Below, piece after piece: positions 31,289-40,711 of a stretch of DNA of 64,000 nucleotides. Made by a program: the position numbers and the translations under genes. The notes below the pieces were generated by a model. It made no database searches and had not been told where the DNA came from. It was given only the letters and a program-made list of their open reading frames with translations. How positions within the stretch are numbered: position 1 is the stretch's first letter; the number at the start of each line of letters is the position of its first letter. The stretch lies in assembly GCA_963676095.1 (NCBI GenBank), contig OY781040.1, positions 5,802,705 through 5,866,704 on the forward strand, given 5' to 3'. Origin of the DNA: Prolixibacteraceae bacterium. GTDB taxonomy: Bacteria > Bacteroidota > Bacteroidia > Bacteroidales > Prolixibacteraceae.

Positions 31289-32713
31289 TTAACTGTTTTT
31301 TGCATTGGTACCCTGGGGCAGGGTTTTATCGGATCCGCTATTCGTTTCATTTACAACCTGTTTTCCTTTCAGATAGTCGGGCAGTTCCAGACCAGCCGAT
31401 TTGAAGACATCTTCGAGTGGGGGAATGGCCCCTAGCAGGCCCTGCATAAAGTTGGCAGTCGACGTTTTTCCATCCTTGCTGTTTCCGGTTTCCCAAACAG
31501 TCACTTTGTCGATCTTGATATTTTTAATCGCCTCGACCTGCGTTTTTACCAGGTCTGGCAGCTTATCGGCGATCATCATCATAACGGCATCTTTCGAGTT
31601 ATTTCCGGTGGCCTTCACGAGCATGTCAAACCCTTCTGCCTGTTTGCTCAGGATTTCGTAGATCCCTTTTGCCTGGGCCTCCATCTTCATATAGATGGCA
31701 TCGGCTTCCCCTTTCGCCCTCCGGCGGATCTGTTCGGCAGCAGCCTCAGCTTCGATCTCGATCTTTTGTTTATCGATTTCGGCAGGGACAACCACATTTG
31801 CCGTCTGCGTGGCCTTATCACGACTGGCACGGACCAGTTCTGCTTCTTTTTCAGCGGAGTAAGCTTCTTCGAGGGCCTTTGCCTGTTTTACTTTTTCCGC
31901 AGCAACTGCTTTTCTGGTGGCTTCGGCCTCCTTTTCACGACGGTCGGCGTCGGAATTGGCAATGGTCACTTTGGCGATATTTTCACCTTCGACGGCTGTG
32001 GCGTCAGCCTGTGCAACACGCACGCGCTGTTCCTGATGGGCATCGGCCTGTCCGATTTCCCCGTCCCGGTTCTTTTCAGCCACGCTCTTTTTGGCATCAT
32101 TAATTGCTTTGGCGGCTGCCTCTTTCCCAAGTGCATCAATATACCCCGATTCGTCGTTGATGTCTGTGACATTGACATTTATAAGTTTCAGCCCGATCTT
32201 TTTCAACTCAGCTTCCACGTTCGAAGATACGGCGGCCAGGAATTTATCGCGGTTGCTGTTGATTTCTTCGATTTCCATGGTCGCTACCACGAGGCGCAAC
32301 TGTCCGAATATAATATCCTTGGCCAGGTTGCTGATGGATTCCTGGGAAAGTCCCAACAACCGTTCCGCAGCATTGGTCATAATGTTGGGTTCGGTGGAAA
32401 TACCGACGGTAAAACGGGAGGGGACATCCACACGAATGTTTTGCTTGCTCAGGGCGCTTTTCAGGTTGATCTCGATGGAGATCGGCGTGAGGTCGAGAAA
32501 TTCGTAAGAATGAATGATGGGCCAGATAAAAGCAGCCCCGCCATGGATACATCTTGCCGAGCGGAACTCACTGTTGATCCCTTTGCCCACTTTACCGTAA
32601 ACAACCAGAATGCGGTCGGAAGGGCACCGCTTGTAGCGTTTGGTCATGGCTACAATAATGATAAAAAGAAACAGGGCAGCGATGCTGACCATGATTACAA
32701 AGTATTTGTCCAT
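31289..32713 (-). CDS. Flotillin-like SPFH/band-7 membrane protein
   Basis: 474 aa; N-terminal transmembrane segment; SPFH domain; long Ala/Glu/Lys-rich coiled-coil flotillin region (EKEAELVRASRDKATQ...). Confidence 0.8.
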   Translation of the reverse strand: MDKYFVIMVSIAALFLFIIIVAMTKRYKRCPSDRILVVYGKVGKGINSEFRSARCIHGGAAFIWPIIHSYEFLDLTPISIEINLKSALSKQNIRVDVPSRFTVGISTEPNIMTNAAERLLGLSQESISNLAKDIIFGQLRLVVATMEIEEINSNRDKFLAAVSSNVEAELKKIGLKLINVNVTDINDESGYIDALGKEAAAKAINDAKKSVAEKNRDGEIGQADAHQEQRVRVAQADATAVEGENIAKVTIANSDADRREKEAEATRKAVAAEKVKQAKALEEAYSAEKEAELVRASRDKATQTANVVVPAEIDKQKIEIEAEAAAEQIRRRAKGEADAIYMKMEAQAKGIYEILSKQAEGFDMLVKATGNNSKDAVMMMIADKLPDLVKTQVEAIKNIKIDKVTVWETGNSKDGKTSTANFMQGLLGAIPPLEDVFKSAGLELPDYLKGKQVVNETNSGSDKTLPQGTNAKNS

Positions 32714-32922
32714 TGTTTGTTTATTTTGGGTTTAATAATTTATGCCGGATGAAAGACCAGGACGGCAGTATAAATTCTGCGGTATTTTACCGGTAAAGGC
32801 CCTATACCCTGTTTCCCCGGAAAAAAATTGCGGACACAGGTTCCGGAAGAGGAACGTGAGCATGTCCCGGTCTGATGCTTTCTGTTTTCCATCGGAAAAA
32901 TTGTTTTTTTAACCTGTCCGGT

Positions 32923-33516
32923 TCACCTCGCGCTGCGTTTCACCAGGAGGATCTGGTCGTCGATAACTGCGATGACTTGGACAATAGACGAAGTTACAAT
33001 CGCTTCCTCGTCGTTGGTTATCGCGTCGAGCGTACGTAATGCTTCCTGTACTGTTAACTGGACCTTTCCCATGCCTTCGCGTTTGGCCGGGATTGTGAGG
33101 TAAACCTCTCCCAACTTACCAACTGCATTTTGCATTTTTAAGGTCCCTGTTTCTGCCAGTTTCGACATCAGGTAGAATAGTGTTGCCATGGCCAGCATCA
33201 TCAGGAGCCCGCAGATGACCGAAAGCGTAATAACGAGCCAGACGGCAAGGCCTGCATGAAAAAAACCGAGGCCAGACCAGCCGAACATGGTGAAGAAGCC
33301 GATAATATTTTTCAGAGATAAAAACTGGAACGGGATGCTGTCGCCATCGGCCAGGGACAAATCAACGTCAGCCTGAACATCGGCGTCGACGTCGGCCCCG
33401 ATCGTGGTCGTTATCAGTAAAATAACGAAAATCAGTGTGGAAGGAATTGAAACCAGCCAATAGACTTGCTCGAGTAGGCTTAAATTCTGCCAGACGGGAA
33501 GGATTGATGTGATCAT
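32923..33516 (-). CDS. NfeD-like membrane protein (partner of flotillin)
   Basis: 197 aa; multiple transmembrane helices and a C-terminal beta-rich soluble domain; immediately upstream of and co-oriented with the flotillin gene. Confidence 0.55.
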   Translation of the reverse strand: MITSILPVWQNLSLLEQVYWLVSIPSTLIFVILLITTTIGADVDADVQADVDLSLADGDSIPFQFLSLKNIIGFFTMFGWSGLGFFHAGLAVWLVITLSVICGLLMMLAMATLFYLMSKLAETGTLKMQNAVGKLGEVYLTIPAKREGMGKVQLTVQEALRTLDAITNDEEAIVTSSIVQVIAVIDDQILLVKRSAR

Positions 33517-34061
33517 GGTTTTATTTATAAACTTTAGTTCTGTGAAAGATAGGAATATTTTTTTAGTTAATCGGTTTTGGCTGTTTAGTTTTTAGGTCCC
33601 GGCTATCAGTTACTGACTATTTGACCGTGGTTACGATTATGGAGTAACCGGAGCACATAAGTGCCGGATTAGAATTGGCAAATGACTTCCTTTACTGAAG
33701 GGACTTTCGGAAAACATTTTAGCATTTTAAGACAAAATTATTAATATAATATTCCAGAATTATTATAATAATCTTAAATAAATTATAGTAATAATTCTGA
33801 AATATTATTACCATAATTTGATGTAAAGTACGGTTAATCGTCGACGTATTAAGCATTGCTGATACAAATGCATAAACAGATGCTTAAAACAGAGACCGTC
33901 TTTTGGGGACAGCCTCTGTTAATCAGTTGCCGGACCGGTTAAGTCCGGACTTTTGTATGTTCATTAAGTTGTTATAAATTAACAAACAAATGTATTCCTG
34001 CATTTTTCCTTCACTGCACAGACGGGAAAGCTAATGCGAATACGTGCTGCACCTATCGGGA

Positions 34062-36566
34062 TCAGGGCAACATTTTGATGAAGTACCCTCCGACAACCGA
34101 CCGGGCCTGGAACCCGACTTTCTTTCCGTCTGTTGTCTCGTACCAGTCGGACATTGGTACGCGGTCCGGGGTTTCTGTTACAAAATGGTGCAGGCCTCCG
34201 ATCAGTTTTTCAAAGTCTTCCTGACTGGCAGCAAGCGTCGCCGTCCAGATTTCCCAGTCCGACTTGGTATAGGTCTTCCTGCTGTCAAGCGGTAAGCCGT
34301 ATTTGTTCAGTTTGGTCAGGTAATAGCTTATTTCCTTGCCGGCTATTTCTTTCGGGAAAATATTCAAATCCAATAGATTGTCCCATACCAGGTTGTATTT
34401 CTGGCTCCAGGTACCGGGCTGGTCGAAGGTCAGGCGGTAGTGATCGCCGTCGTTGGCCATTTTTTCCCATTCTCCGGCCATCCTTTTGGCTTCGGAAGTG
34501 TATTTTTCAGCTATGTCATTTTTTCCGAGTATCCCTGCCAGTTTCCCGTAGCAGGCAATTCCCATGATCGCCTTAACCGAGAGGTTGGTATTGTGGGCAA
34601 AGTGTCCGGCAAAGTCATCTGTACAGAGCTGGTTCTCCGGATCCAGTCCTTTTTCCAGCAGGTAATCGGCCCAGGTGCTGAGCACTTCCCAGTGCATCTC
34701 TGCGTACCGGGCATTTCCTTCAGCCCGGGCGATGGCTGCCGTCAGGATCAGCATGTTCCCGCATTCTTCTACGGGCATGTCGCCTCCGTAAGTCTGTCCG
34801 TTCGCCAGGGGATAGGTGCCCACATCATGAGCAGCAAACGGCTTGGTCCATTTTCCGCTTTCCGAGAAGTAAAAAATCGGGTTCATCATCCCTTCCAGCA
34901 ACTCCGGGTTATATTTCAGGAACAGCGGGGCTGAGGGATAAGTCACATCCACCGTCCCGATCGATCCGTTGCTAAAGTTTTCCTTAGAGAAGAACAGCGT
35001 TTCTCCCTGCGGCCCTTTTACCAGCTTATGGGCGGCAATACTTTGGCGGAAGGCCAGCACGCACAGGTCGGCATACTGTTTTCCGCCGGCCTTTACTGCT
35101 TCCGCCCACAGCCGGTTGTCGAAGGCCAGGCAGCTGTCCAGCACTATTTCCCTTTCCTGTGAGGCTAAGGTCAGGGCATTGTCCATGGTCACCTGTCCGT
35201 CTTTCTTCCACCAGGCCTGCAGGTTGTTCCCAAAGTATTGGACAGACTGGATATCGTCATAGCCCACCATCAGGTACCCTGTAGCGGTGGAGCCGACCTT
35301 TCCCAGGTTTTCGGTACAGGCCATTGCCGGCATTTCTTTAGTCATGACTGCTCTCAGATGATCTTCTCCAGCCGGAAGGGTTCCGTCTTTGGCAAAGGAC
35401 TGTTTCAGCCGGCTGTAATCGCCTATCGCCATTGCAGTACTGGCCGACTTGTCTGCTGCCAGGTAAAAGTAACCCCAGTCGATGCGAACATCGTCTCCCT
35501 TCTTCAGAAGGATTGGTTGTCCTGTCGTACCTGCTTTCAGGTAACCTATTTCCCCGGTTTCTCCCCTGCTCACTTCTACCTCTTCATCCAGCTCGTTGAC
35601 TGCCCACTGCGGGGTACCTTCAAAATAAAGCTGTACCTCGTGGCTTTTTCCATCGGCGGAGCTGACTTCATAGTTGATGTAGCTGACCGGTCTTGACAGC
35701 AGGTCGGGGTTTCCCGGCAGCAGGGGAGAGACGAAGTGAAGTGTCAGGTTTACCGGTCCGCAGGAAAACCTGTAACGCGTCTGCGTGGCCGACAGCGAGA
35801 CGCTTTTTTGTTTGGCGGTCTGTGTAAACACTTCTTTCTGGTCCGGCGTCCGGTACAGTCCGAAGTCCACATACCCGCCGCCGGTCTGGTTCTGGCAGTG
35901 TACGGCAATCAGGTTTTTTTCTCCCGGAACCAGCAGATCCCGGCTGATCTTCAGCATAACGTTGTTTTTCCATCTGTAGCCGGTATCCACCAGCTTTTCG
36001 CCGTTCAGGTACAGTTCGAATGTGTCGTCGTGGGAATATACGAGGAAGAGGTCTCCTTTCCCGGTATCCCCAGGTAGGGCAAATTCGCGTCTTACCCAGA
36101 TATCTTTGCCTGTCCAGGAGGTCGACAGGTAAGGCATCTCCGGGGTCCCGAAAGCGCCCTTCCCGGCTTTCCAGGAAGCATCTGCATAGCCTGGCTTTTC
36201 CCATCCTTTTTGAGGTTTTTGAAATGTATATTTGCCTTCCCAGAACTCATCCTTAGCCATTGGGAGGACACTCTTAAGCGGGATTTCCTCTTTCCCCAGA
36301 AAACGGAACACCTGTCCGTCCACGCGGATGGCGCCGATCAGGGGATGCACCTTTCCTGTCCAGTGACGTACCGGACTATCGTACAGGTTATCGGTTTCCG
36401 ACCAGGCGCTTGTGTACGGATCGATAGTCACTAACGGGTAAGCAGGGGCCCGTAGTTCTGTCATCTCCGGGTCCTGCCGGACAGTTTCTTTTTCCGGGGC
36501 ACAGGACGAAAAACCAATCCCTGCCAATAAAAACGCATAAATAAAATAAAATCTACTTCTCTTCAT
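34062..36566 (-). CDS. Glutaminase-A-like (DUF4965/DUF5127/DUF1793-type) secreted protein, putative glycoside hydrolase
   Basis: Lipoprotein signal (GFSSC) at the internal Met; N-terminus RAPAYPLVTIDPYTSAWSETDNLYD...IGAIRVDGQVFRFLG typical of this PUL-associated family; paralog at 52362-54854. Confidence 0.6.
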   Translation of the reverse strand: MKRSRFYFIYAFLLAGIGFSSCAPEKETVRQDPEMTELRAPAYPLVTIDPYTSAWSETDNLYDSPVRHWTGKVHPLIGAIRVDGQVFRFLGKEEIPLKSVLPMAKDEFWEGKYTFQKPQKGWEKPGYADASWKAGKGAFGTPEMPYLSTSWTGKDIWVRREFALPGDTGKGDLFLVYSHDDTFELYLNGEKLVDTGYRWKNNVMLKISRDLLVPGEKNLIAVHCQNQTGGGYVDFGLYRTPDQKEVFTQTAKQKSVSLSATQTRYRFSCGPVNLTLHFVSPLLPGNPDLLSRPVSYINYEVSSADGKSHEVQLYFEGTPQWAVNELDEEVEVSRGETGEIGYLKAGTTGQPILLKKGDDVRIDWGYFYLAADKSASTAMAIGDYSRLKQSFAKDGTLPAGEDHLRAVMTKEMPAMACTENLGKVGSTATGYLMVGYDDIQSVQYFGNNLQAWWKKDGQVTMDNALTLASQEREIVLDSCLAFDNRLWAEAVKAGGKQYADLCVLAFRQSIAAHKLVKGPQGETLFFSKENFSNGSIGTVDVTYPSAPLFLKYNPELLEGMMNPIFYFSESGKWTKPFAAHDVGTYPLANGQTYGGDMPVEECGNMLILTAAIARAEGNARYAEMHWEVLSTWADYLLEKGLDPENQLCTDDFAGHFAHNTNLSVKAIMGIACYGKLAGILGKNDIAEKYTSEAKRMAGEWEKMANDGDHYRLTFDQPGTWSQKYNLVWDNLLDLNIFPKEIAGKEISYYLTKLNKYGLPLDSRKTYTKSDWEIWTATLAASQEDFEKLIGGLHHFVTETPDRVPMSDWYETTDGKKVGFQARSVVGGYFIKMLP

Positions 36567-36651
36567 CTTTAGATAGTTGTAATTGAATAAATCTATTTCT
36601 CTGGTACTTTTTTCTAAATAGCATCGCTTTTTTGCCGGGACCGGCAATCCA

Positions 36652-37725
36652 TTATTTTTGAAGCGGGAACAGGCTTTTCTCTCCTCCCGGAATTTTTATT
36701 TCCTCCCCGCCGGGGACAGGAGTCCCAAAATCAGGGGTGCCATCTGCATTCCATGTAAAACGCTGCATCCGCACATCCCGTTTCCAACCTGGTTCCGTTC
36801 CTTTTTTTGAATGATAAACGATCCAGTCCTCTTTACCGTCAGGCGATTTGACAAACGAACAATGACCGACTCCAAGGACTTTGTCGGTCCCCATAAAGAC
36901 AGGTCCTTTTTTGATCCAGCTGGATGGGGCGAGCAAATCGGCATCCGGGGCCTTTAGTTGCAGCATTCCCAGACGGTAATCCGCCAGCCAGGATTCACGG
37001 CACGAATAAATGAGAAACAGCTGGTCTTCATGTTCCAGAAATTCAGGGCCTTCGTTCAGGTTGAGCGGGCCGCCTGTTTCCCAGCTTTCATCCGGGGAAG
37101 AAAGCAATACCCTTTTCCCTTTCAGTGTCCACGGGTTTGTCATTTCCTGAATGTAGAGTTGCTGGGGGGTGGCATCTGTGTCCATTTGCTTTTTCCATCC
37201 TGACCAGACCGCATACAATTTTCCCCTGTATTTGATAACCGTCATATCAATTGCCCAGATATTGTCAGACTGGTCCTCCGGATGATCTCCTGTGTACAAC
37301 ATGCCCATATCTTCGTAATCACTGAATACGTCATCCGTTTTGGAACGGAGTACGCCTGCCCGTTGGTGAATAAAAGGAGGTCCGGATATGCCCGCAGCAT
37401 AATAGACGTACCATCGCCCGTCAATAAAATGGATCTCCGGCGCCCATATGCAGGAGCGGTTCCATCCTGTTTCCGGGGCTTTCCAGATTTCTTTCTGCTC
37501 TCCTTTCCGGATCATCGATTCCGACCGGGAGACCATAATCCCGTTGTTTGCCGAAAAACAATAAATATATTCGTGACCGTGCTTCACCATCCATGGATCT
37601 GCCCCGTCCCAGACCGGGTTAGCAAACGTCTCCTTCATTTGCTGGGCACTGACCGGTATTGTTCCGATACAGGCAATAAATACCAGCGTAGCTGCTACGC
37701 GCCACGGAAGCTTTATGATCTTCAT
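36652..37725 (-). CDS. GH43-family-like beta-propeller glycoside hydrolase
   Basis: 357 aa; signal peptide; NPVWDGADPWMV (catalytic-Asp block), IWAPEIHFIDGRWYVYYAAG and WSGW blocks. Confidence 0.55.
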   Translation of the reverse strand: MKIIKLPWRVAATLVFIACIGTIPVSAQQMKETFANPVWDGADPWMVKHGHEYIYCFSANNGIMVSRSESMIRKGEQKEIWKAPETGWNRSCIWAPEIHFIDGRWYVYYAAGISGPPFIHQRAGVLRSKTDDVFSDYEDMGMLYTGDHPEDQSDNIWAIDMTVIKYRGKLYAVWSGWKKQMDTDATPQQLYIQEMTNPWTLKGKRVLLSSPDESWETGGPLNLNEGPEFLEHEDQLFLIYSCRESWLADYRLGMLQLKAPDADLLAPSSWIKKGPVFMGTDKVLGVGHCSFVKSPDGKEDWIVYHSKKGTEPGWKRDVRMQRFTWNADGTPDFGTPVPGGEEIKIPGGEKSLFPLQK

Positions 37726-37849
37726 CTTTTTCTTTCTTTAGTACTTAATAATCACCTTGCTGTCTGTATAAACGGTTACCGTTGTTCTGCCGGGAAGAGA
37801 GATCTATTCTGATCAGGCAATCTTTCAACGGATTAAGCCGTGTCTTTTG

Positions 37850-37950
37850 AAGCTGTTTACAGGGGTAATGCCCCACAAACAGGCGCAGCCCTTAAACTTT
37901 TCAAACACGGAGATCAAACAGCCTCAGGTTATCAAACGGCGAAGCCTCAA
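37850..37950. repeat. Degenerate copy of the caaac-rich intergenic repeat (module 1)
   Basis: ccacaaacaggcgcagcccttaaacttttcaaacacggagatcaaacagcctcaggttatcaaacggcgaagcctcaaac shares the tcaaacggcgaagcctcaaac core with copies at 40.3, 40.6 and 41.9 kb. Confidence 0.6.
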
Positions 37951-37953
37951 ACA

Positions 37954-40056
37954 TCAATTCTTACTCCATGGTATTGCGCTGACCCTCAGTCTGGCTGCCC
38001 CCATGGGGATCAGTTCTACCTCCACTACCGGCTGGTCCGTCATTACCGGGCTGTCGGGCAGCTCGCCGCAAAGTCCGTACTGGTCCAGTTCCCATTGGGG
38101 AACCTGCCTGGCCTTTGCCTTGAGCACCAGCGGTACATTGTCTGAGGTGAACGGATAATCAGATTTTGGCCAGGCCTTCTTTTCCAGACGGAAAGACAGT
38201 GCAGGATCTTTTTCATCCAGCACCAGGGCGTAGTTCCAGGCCGATCCGGGGAGAATATTCCAGGAGGGCCACTTCGACCGGTCTACTCCCGCCTGCCACT
38301 TCGAGTCGCCGATAGCTGTCTGATCGCTTTCTTTTTTTACATAGTTTTCTTTGATTTTCAGGGAGAATGTCAGCGGACCATAGTTTACGCTCACGCAGTT
38401 ATGGTTTTTAGCCCAATGCTGTACGCTGACTTTCATCGGCAGTTTCAGTGTAATGCGATCGCCGTTTTTCCATTTCCGTTCCAGCAGGACGATCTTTCCT
38501 GCTGCCGGGGCTACCGCCACCGCCTTTCCGTTTATCTCGAGTGAAGCCTGGCCGCACCATTCCGGGATGCGCAGGTATAACGGGAATGTTACAGGCTTTT
38601 TCATCGACAGGCTGATTTGTACTGCCTCTTCAAAAGGATACCGGGTTGTTTCCTGCAGGGTTACCTCCGAGCCGTTTCCTACCATGATCTTTGTCTCACA
38701 GGCAGCATACAGGGCCGCGAAAGCCCCGTTATCAGGAGTAGCCATCCACAGGTTTTCGGCATAGTAAGGCCAGCCCTGTCCGTGGTTATGCTGGCAGCAG
38801 CGGCTGCTGAACGGGTTCATCATAAAGAAAGGGCCTGAGTTCATGATGCCGGGACTGTGGTCCCGGTCGTCACAGACGACCATATTAGGAGCGGTAAAAT
38901 AACGCAAAGCTTTCATGTCGGCAGTGAGCGCTGCGGGGTACATGTTGAATGCCACATTCTCGGCATGATCGGCCCAGAACGGATTGCCCGAGATGCGGAG
39001 CATCTGCTCGTCCGAATTCATCTCTTCAACCAGTCCACAGGTTTCGATGCCCTGGTGCGGATCGTCATATCCCGGACGGGCCACTTCGTCGGCGCCGAAC
39101 ATTCCGCCCGGGACCTGACCGAAATGTTCCCTGATAATATTGAAAACATCGTAGGAAGCGTGCAGGTCGGCAGAGTCTTTCGACAACAGAAAATATTCAG
39201 CCGGTTCCCGGAAGCTCTGGGCCACGTTCACATTGTGCCAGTCGGGAAGCAGGTCGTACCACGAAGGATTGTTCTGACGCGGGTGGCTCCCCGACTTGTG
39301 CGGATTATTACGGGATTCCCAGCTTGGCATGCAGCGATGGATTTTCTTTGCCAGGTCCATCAGAAAGTCATCGCCGGTCCTGTTATACAGCCAGAATACG
39401 CTGTACAGGTTATCGCCGCCCCGCAGGCCTTCCCAGTAACCCTTCATAAAATCCGTATCCGGGATGCTTAGCTGGTATTTAAAGAAGTTGGTCATCAGGT
39501 CAAGCACCCGCTGATCGCGAGCGTATTCGTAGTACGACTGAAGGCAGTAGAGCATGACCATATTGCCCCAGAAATTCCGTCTGCCATCCTCGTAATGCGT
39601 TGGACCAAAGTCGCCATTTGGGCGTTGACTGTTCAGGGCCCCTTCGATCCATACTTTAGCCTCGGCGATCATCCGCGGATCTTTCAGGATATAAGCCAGG
39701 TCGCCGTAACCTTTCAACCAGTATGGAACTTCTTCCCAGCCCCAGGCGCCATCGCCTGTTTTGGAAAGCCATGCATTGTCCTTTTTCTGTAGCCAGGCGC
39801 TGATCTCTCCCAGATGACCGTTCAGTCCGTCCCGCTGACGGAGCAGGCATTCCCGCAGCCAGCCACGGGGAGTGACAGCGCCCACCGGCAGTTTTATGAA
39901 CATTCCCTGTTTCAGGGGCGGCCGGTTCCCTTTATAAAAGGAATTCCGGACAGTTGTATCCGGGCGGTCGACAACTGCAACCCATGTTCGTTCCTGATCA
40001 GCCCGTAAATGATCAAATGACAAAATGATTAGTAATAAAAAAAGTAGTTTTCTCAT
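37954..40056 (-). CDS. GH127-family (DUF1680) beta-L-arabinofuranosidase-like glycoside hydrolase
   Basis: 700 aa secreted; ETCGLVEEM and SRCCQHNHGQGWPYY blocks match the Glu/Cys and Cys-Cys zinc and nucleophile ligands described for HypBA1-type GH127 enzymes. Confidence 0.6.
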   Translation of the reverse strand: MRKLLFLLLIILSFDHLRADQERTWVAVVDRPDTTVRNSFYKGNRPPLKQGMFIKLPVGAVTPRGWLRECLLRQRDGLNGHLGEISAWLQKKDNAWLSKTGDGAWGWEEVPYWLKGYGDLAYILKDPRMIAEAKVWIEGALNSQRPNGDFGPTHYEDGRRNFWGNMVMLYCLQSYYEYARDQRVLDLMTNFFKYQLSIPDTDFMKGYWEGLRGGDNLYSVFWLYNRTGDDFLMDLAKKIHRCMPSWESRNNPHKSGSHPRQNNPSWYDLLPDWHNVNVAQSFREPAEYFLLSKDSADLHASYDVFNIIREHFGQVPGGMFGADEVARPGYDDPHQGIETCGLVEEMNSDEQMLRISGNPFWADHAENVAFNMYPAALTADMKALRYFTAPNMVVCDDRDHSPGIMNSGPFFMMNPFSSRCCQHNHGQGWPYYAENLWMATPDNGAFAALYAACETKIMVGNGSEVTLQETTRYPFEEAVQISLSMKKPVTFPLYLRIPEWCGQASLEINGKAVAVAPAAGKIVLLERKWKNGDRITLKLPMKVSVQHWAKNHNCVSVNYGPLTFSLKIKENYVKKESDQTAIGDSKWQAGVDRSKWPSWNILPGSAWNYALVLDEKDPALSFRLEKKAWPKSDYPFTSDNVPLVLKAKARQVPQWELDQYGLCGELPDSPVMTDQPVVEVELIPMGAARLRVSAIPWSKN

Positions 40057-40234
40057 GGTTAACAGGTACTAATTGGTTTAGATCCTTAAAATTAGTATTT
40101 ACTTTCGTTTCTTCTATTTCTGTAATAATATTATTACCACCAACATCTCTCAATTACTCATTCCTTGTTTAATTTTTTTTTAGACATTTAAATCAGAATC
40201 ACTCGTGATAATTAAATTAACAACAACACAACAA

Positions 40235-40510
40235 AAGCCCTTTTATAAAAGCAACAACCTTGGGGGCCCGGACCGGGCAACGCCCCTCAAACGGCCGCAG
40301 GCCATCAAACTCCTCAAACGGCGAAGCCTCAAACCTTCTTAAACGGGCGAAGCCCCTTCTATTCCGCCCGAAAGAAGCAATCTGTTCTGATCAACCGTTT
40401 CCCGCGGGCGGGAGGCAATGGTCCGGATCCGCTTCTTACCCGGGGTGCCGCTCCTGACGTCGCTTACCCCGGGCTACCAAAACATGACCCCTCCGGGGCC
40501 AGGGGTGAAA
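40235..40510. repeat. Composite intergenic repeat, copy A (module 1 then module 2)
   Basis: Module 1 (40235-40366) has three caaacgg motifs; module 2 (40352-40504) is GC-rich with duplicated cttaccccggg. Matches copies B and C at about 90% identity. Confidence 0.8.
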
Positions 40511-40580
40511 CCGGTATCGTCATTATTTTAAAACACATTATCAAAATCATTCCTATTAATTAAATTAATAATGACCATCC

Positions 40581-40705
40581 AAAGCCCTTTTATAAGACCA
40601 CCACCCTTGGGAGCCCGGAACGGGCAACGCCCCTCAAACGGCCGCAGGCCATCAAACTCCTCAAACGGCGAAGCCTCAAACCTTCTCAAACGGGCGAAGC
40701 CCCTG
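40581..40705. repeat. Intergenic repeat copy B (module 1 only)
   Basis: Near-identical to 40235-40366, including the flanking aaagcccttttataa. Confidence 0.8.
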
Positions 40706-40711
40706 TCCCTT

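Noticed and set aside
33929-33956. Plus-strand hairpin gccggaccggttaagtccggac followed by a T-run, terminator-like
   Set aside because: No plus-strand gene ends upstream of it, since both neighbours are on the minus strand. It may be a relic or part of the regulatory leader, so it is not annotated as a functional terminator.
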